Source: Jimgerdemannia flammicorona
Lineage: Eukaryota
Assembly: GCA_003990765.1 (NCBI GenBank)
Contig: RBNJ01000291.1
Location: forward strand, 1 to 33,939
Length of the DNA: 33,939 bases
Reading direction: 5' to 3'
Part shown: piece by piece, positions 33,625-33,939 of the stretch
Layout: the number at the start of each line of letters is the position of its first letter
Numbering within the stretch: the first letter of the stretch is position 1
Notes under the pieces: generated by a model
The model's input: only the letters and a program-made list of their open reading frames with translations
Database searches by the model: none
What the model was told of the DNA's origin: nothing
Made by a program: the position numbers and the translations under genes

Positions 33625-33939
33625 ATGGGAGGATTTGAAATCTAGTAGGTAGTGTGGGCAATAGATGGCTCACTATAGGTGGGTTTTAGCTATATGGGTA
33701 GGGCTGGCTGGATATTGGCTCTTTGTTTTTGAGGAGAGGTGATGGATGGGTATATAGGAGAAGTTGTTAAGATAGGAGAGGTTGATGGGAGATTTGCTGA
33801 CAGAGTGATGGATTGGTTGGGGTCCCCAGGGTGGGTGACATCGCCATCTGGTAGAAGGAATCTGTGAACCGAGTGGTGGGCAGGTGGCAATGGTGAATGA
33901 CAAGGTGGTCTTTCATCAAGAGGGGGTGGGAGGGGAGGG
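33625..33939 (+). mobile_element. 3' fragment of the L1-like LINE family, running off the window end
   Basis: High similarity to 22538-22858 (..ggctcact.tagg.gggttttagc.atatgg.tagggctggctggatattggctctttgtttttgaggagag..). Confidence 0.9.

Overview
Eukaryotic, transposon-dense window, probably fungal (an early-diverging Mucoromycota-type genome is an inference). It has one intact host gene: an intronless BTB/POZ-BACK-like-SPRY-like CDS (26794-28272, minus) in a ~2 kb island that keeps its CpGs. Everything else is decayed, nested mobile DNA with strong C>T/G>A mutation and almost no CpG. That DNA comprises a near full-length L1-like LINE (~46-5877, minus) plus three 3' fragments of related LINEs, three copies of one Ty3/Gypsy family, a decayed chromodomain Ty3/Gypsy (11502-14746), an unidentified poly(A) retro-insertion (25231-26421) and a PIF/Harbinger DNA transposon (from 30390). 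Gypsy copy A (14861-26454, plus) is complete, with both LTRs, a 4-bp ATAG TSD, a tRNA-Pro-like PBS and a PPT; copy B (5878-10193) is a 5' half and copy C (28724-30386) is a 3' fragment. The most unusual object is this Gypsy family. Its reconstructed order is gag - protease - spacer with three CxH..CxxC clusters - full dUTPase - dUTPase-like remnant - RT - RNase H - integrase in a separate ATGA-coupled frame - extra 3' ORF conserved at protein level between two diverged copies. All calls come from manual reading and translation; no searches were run.
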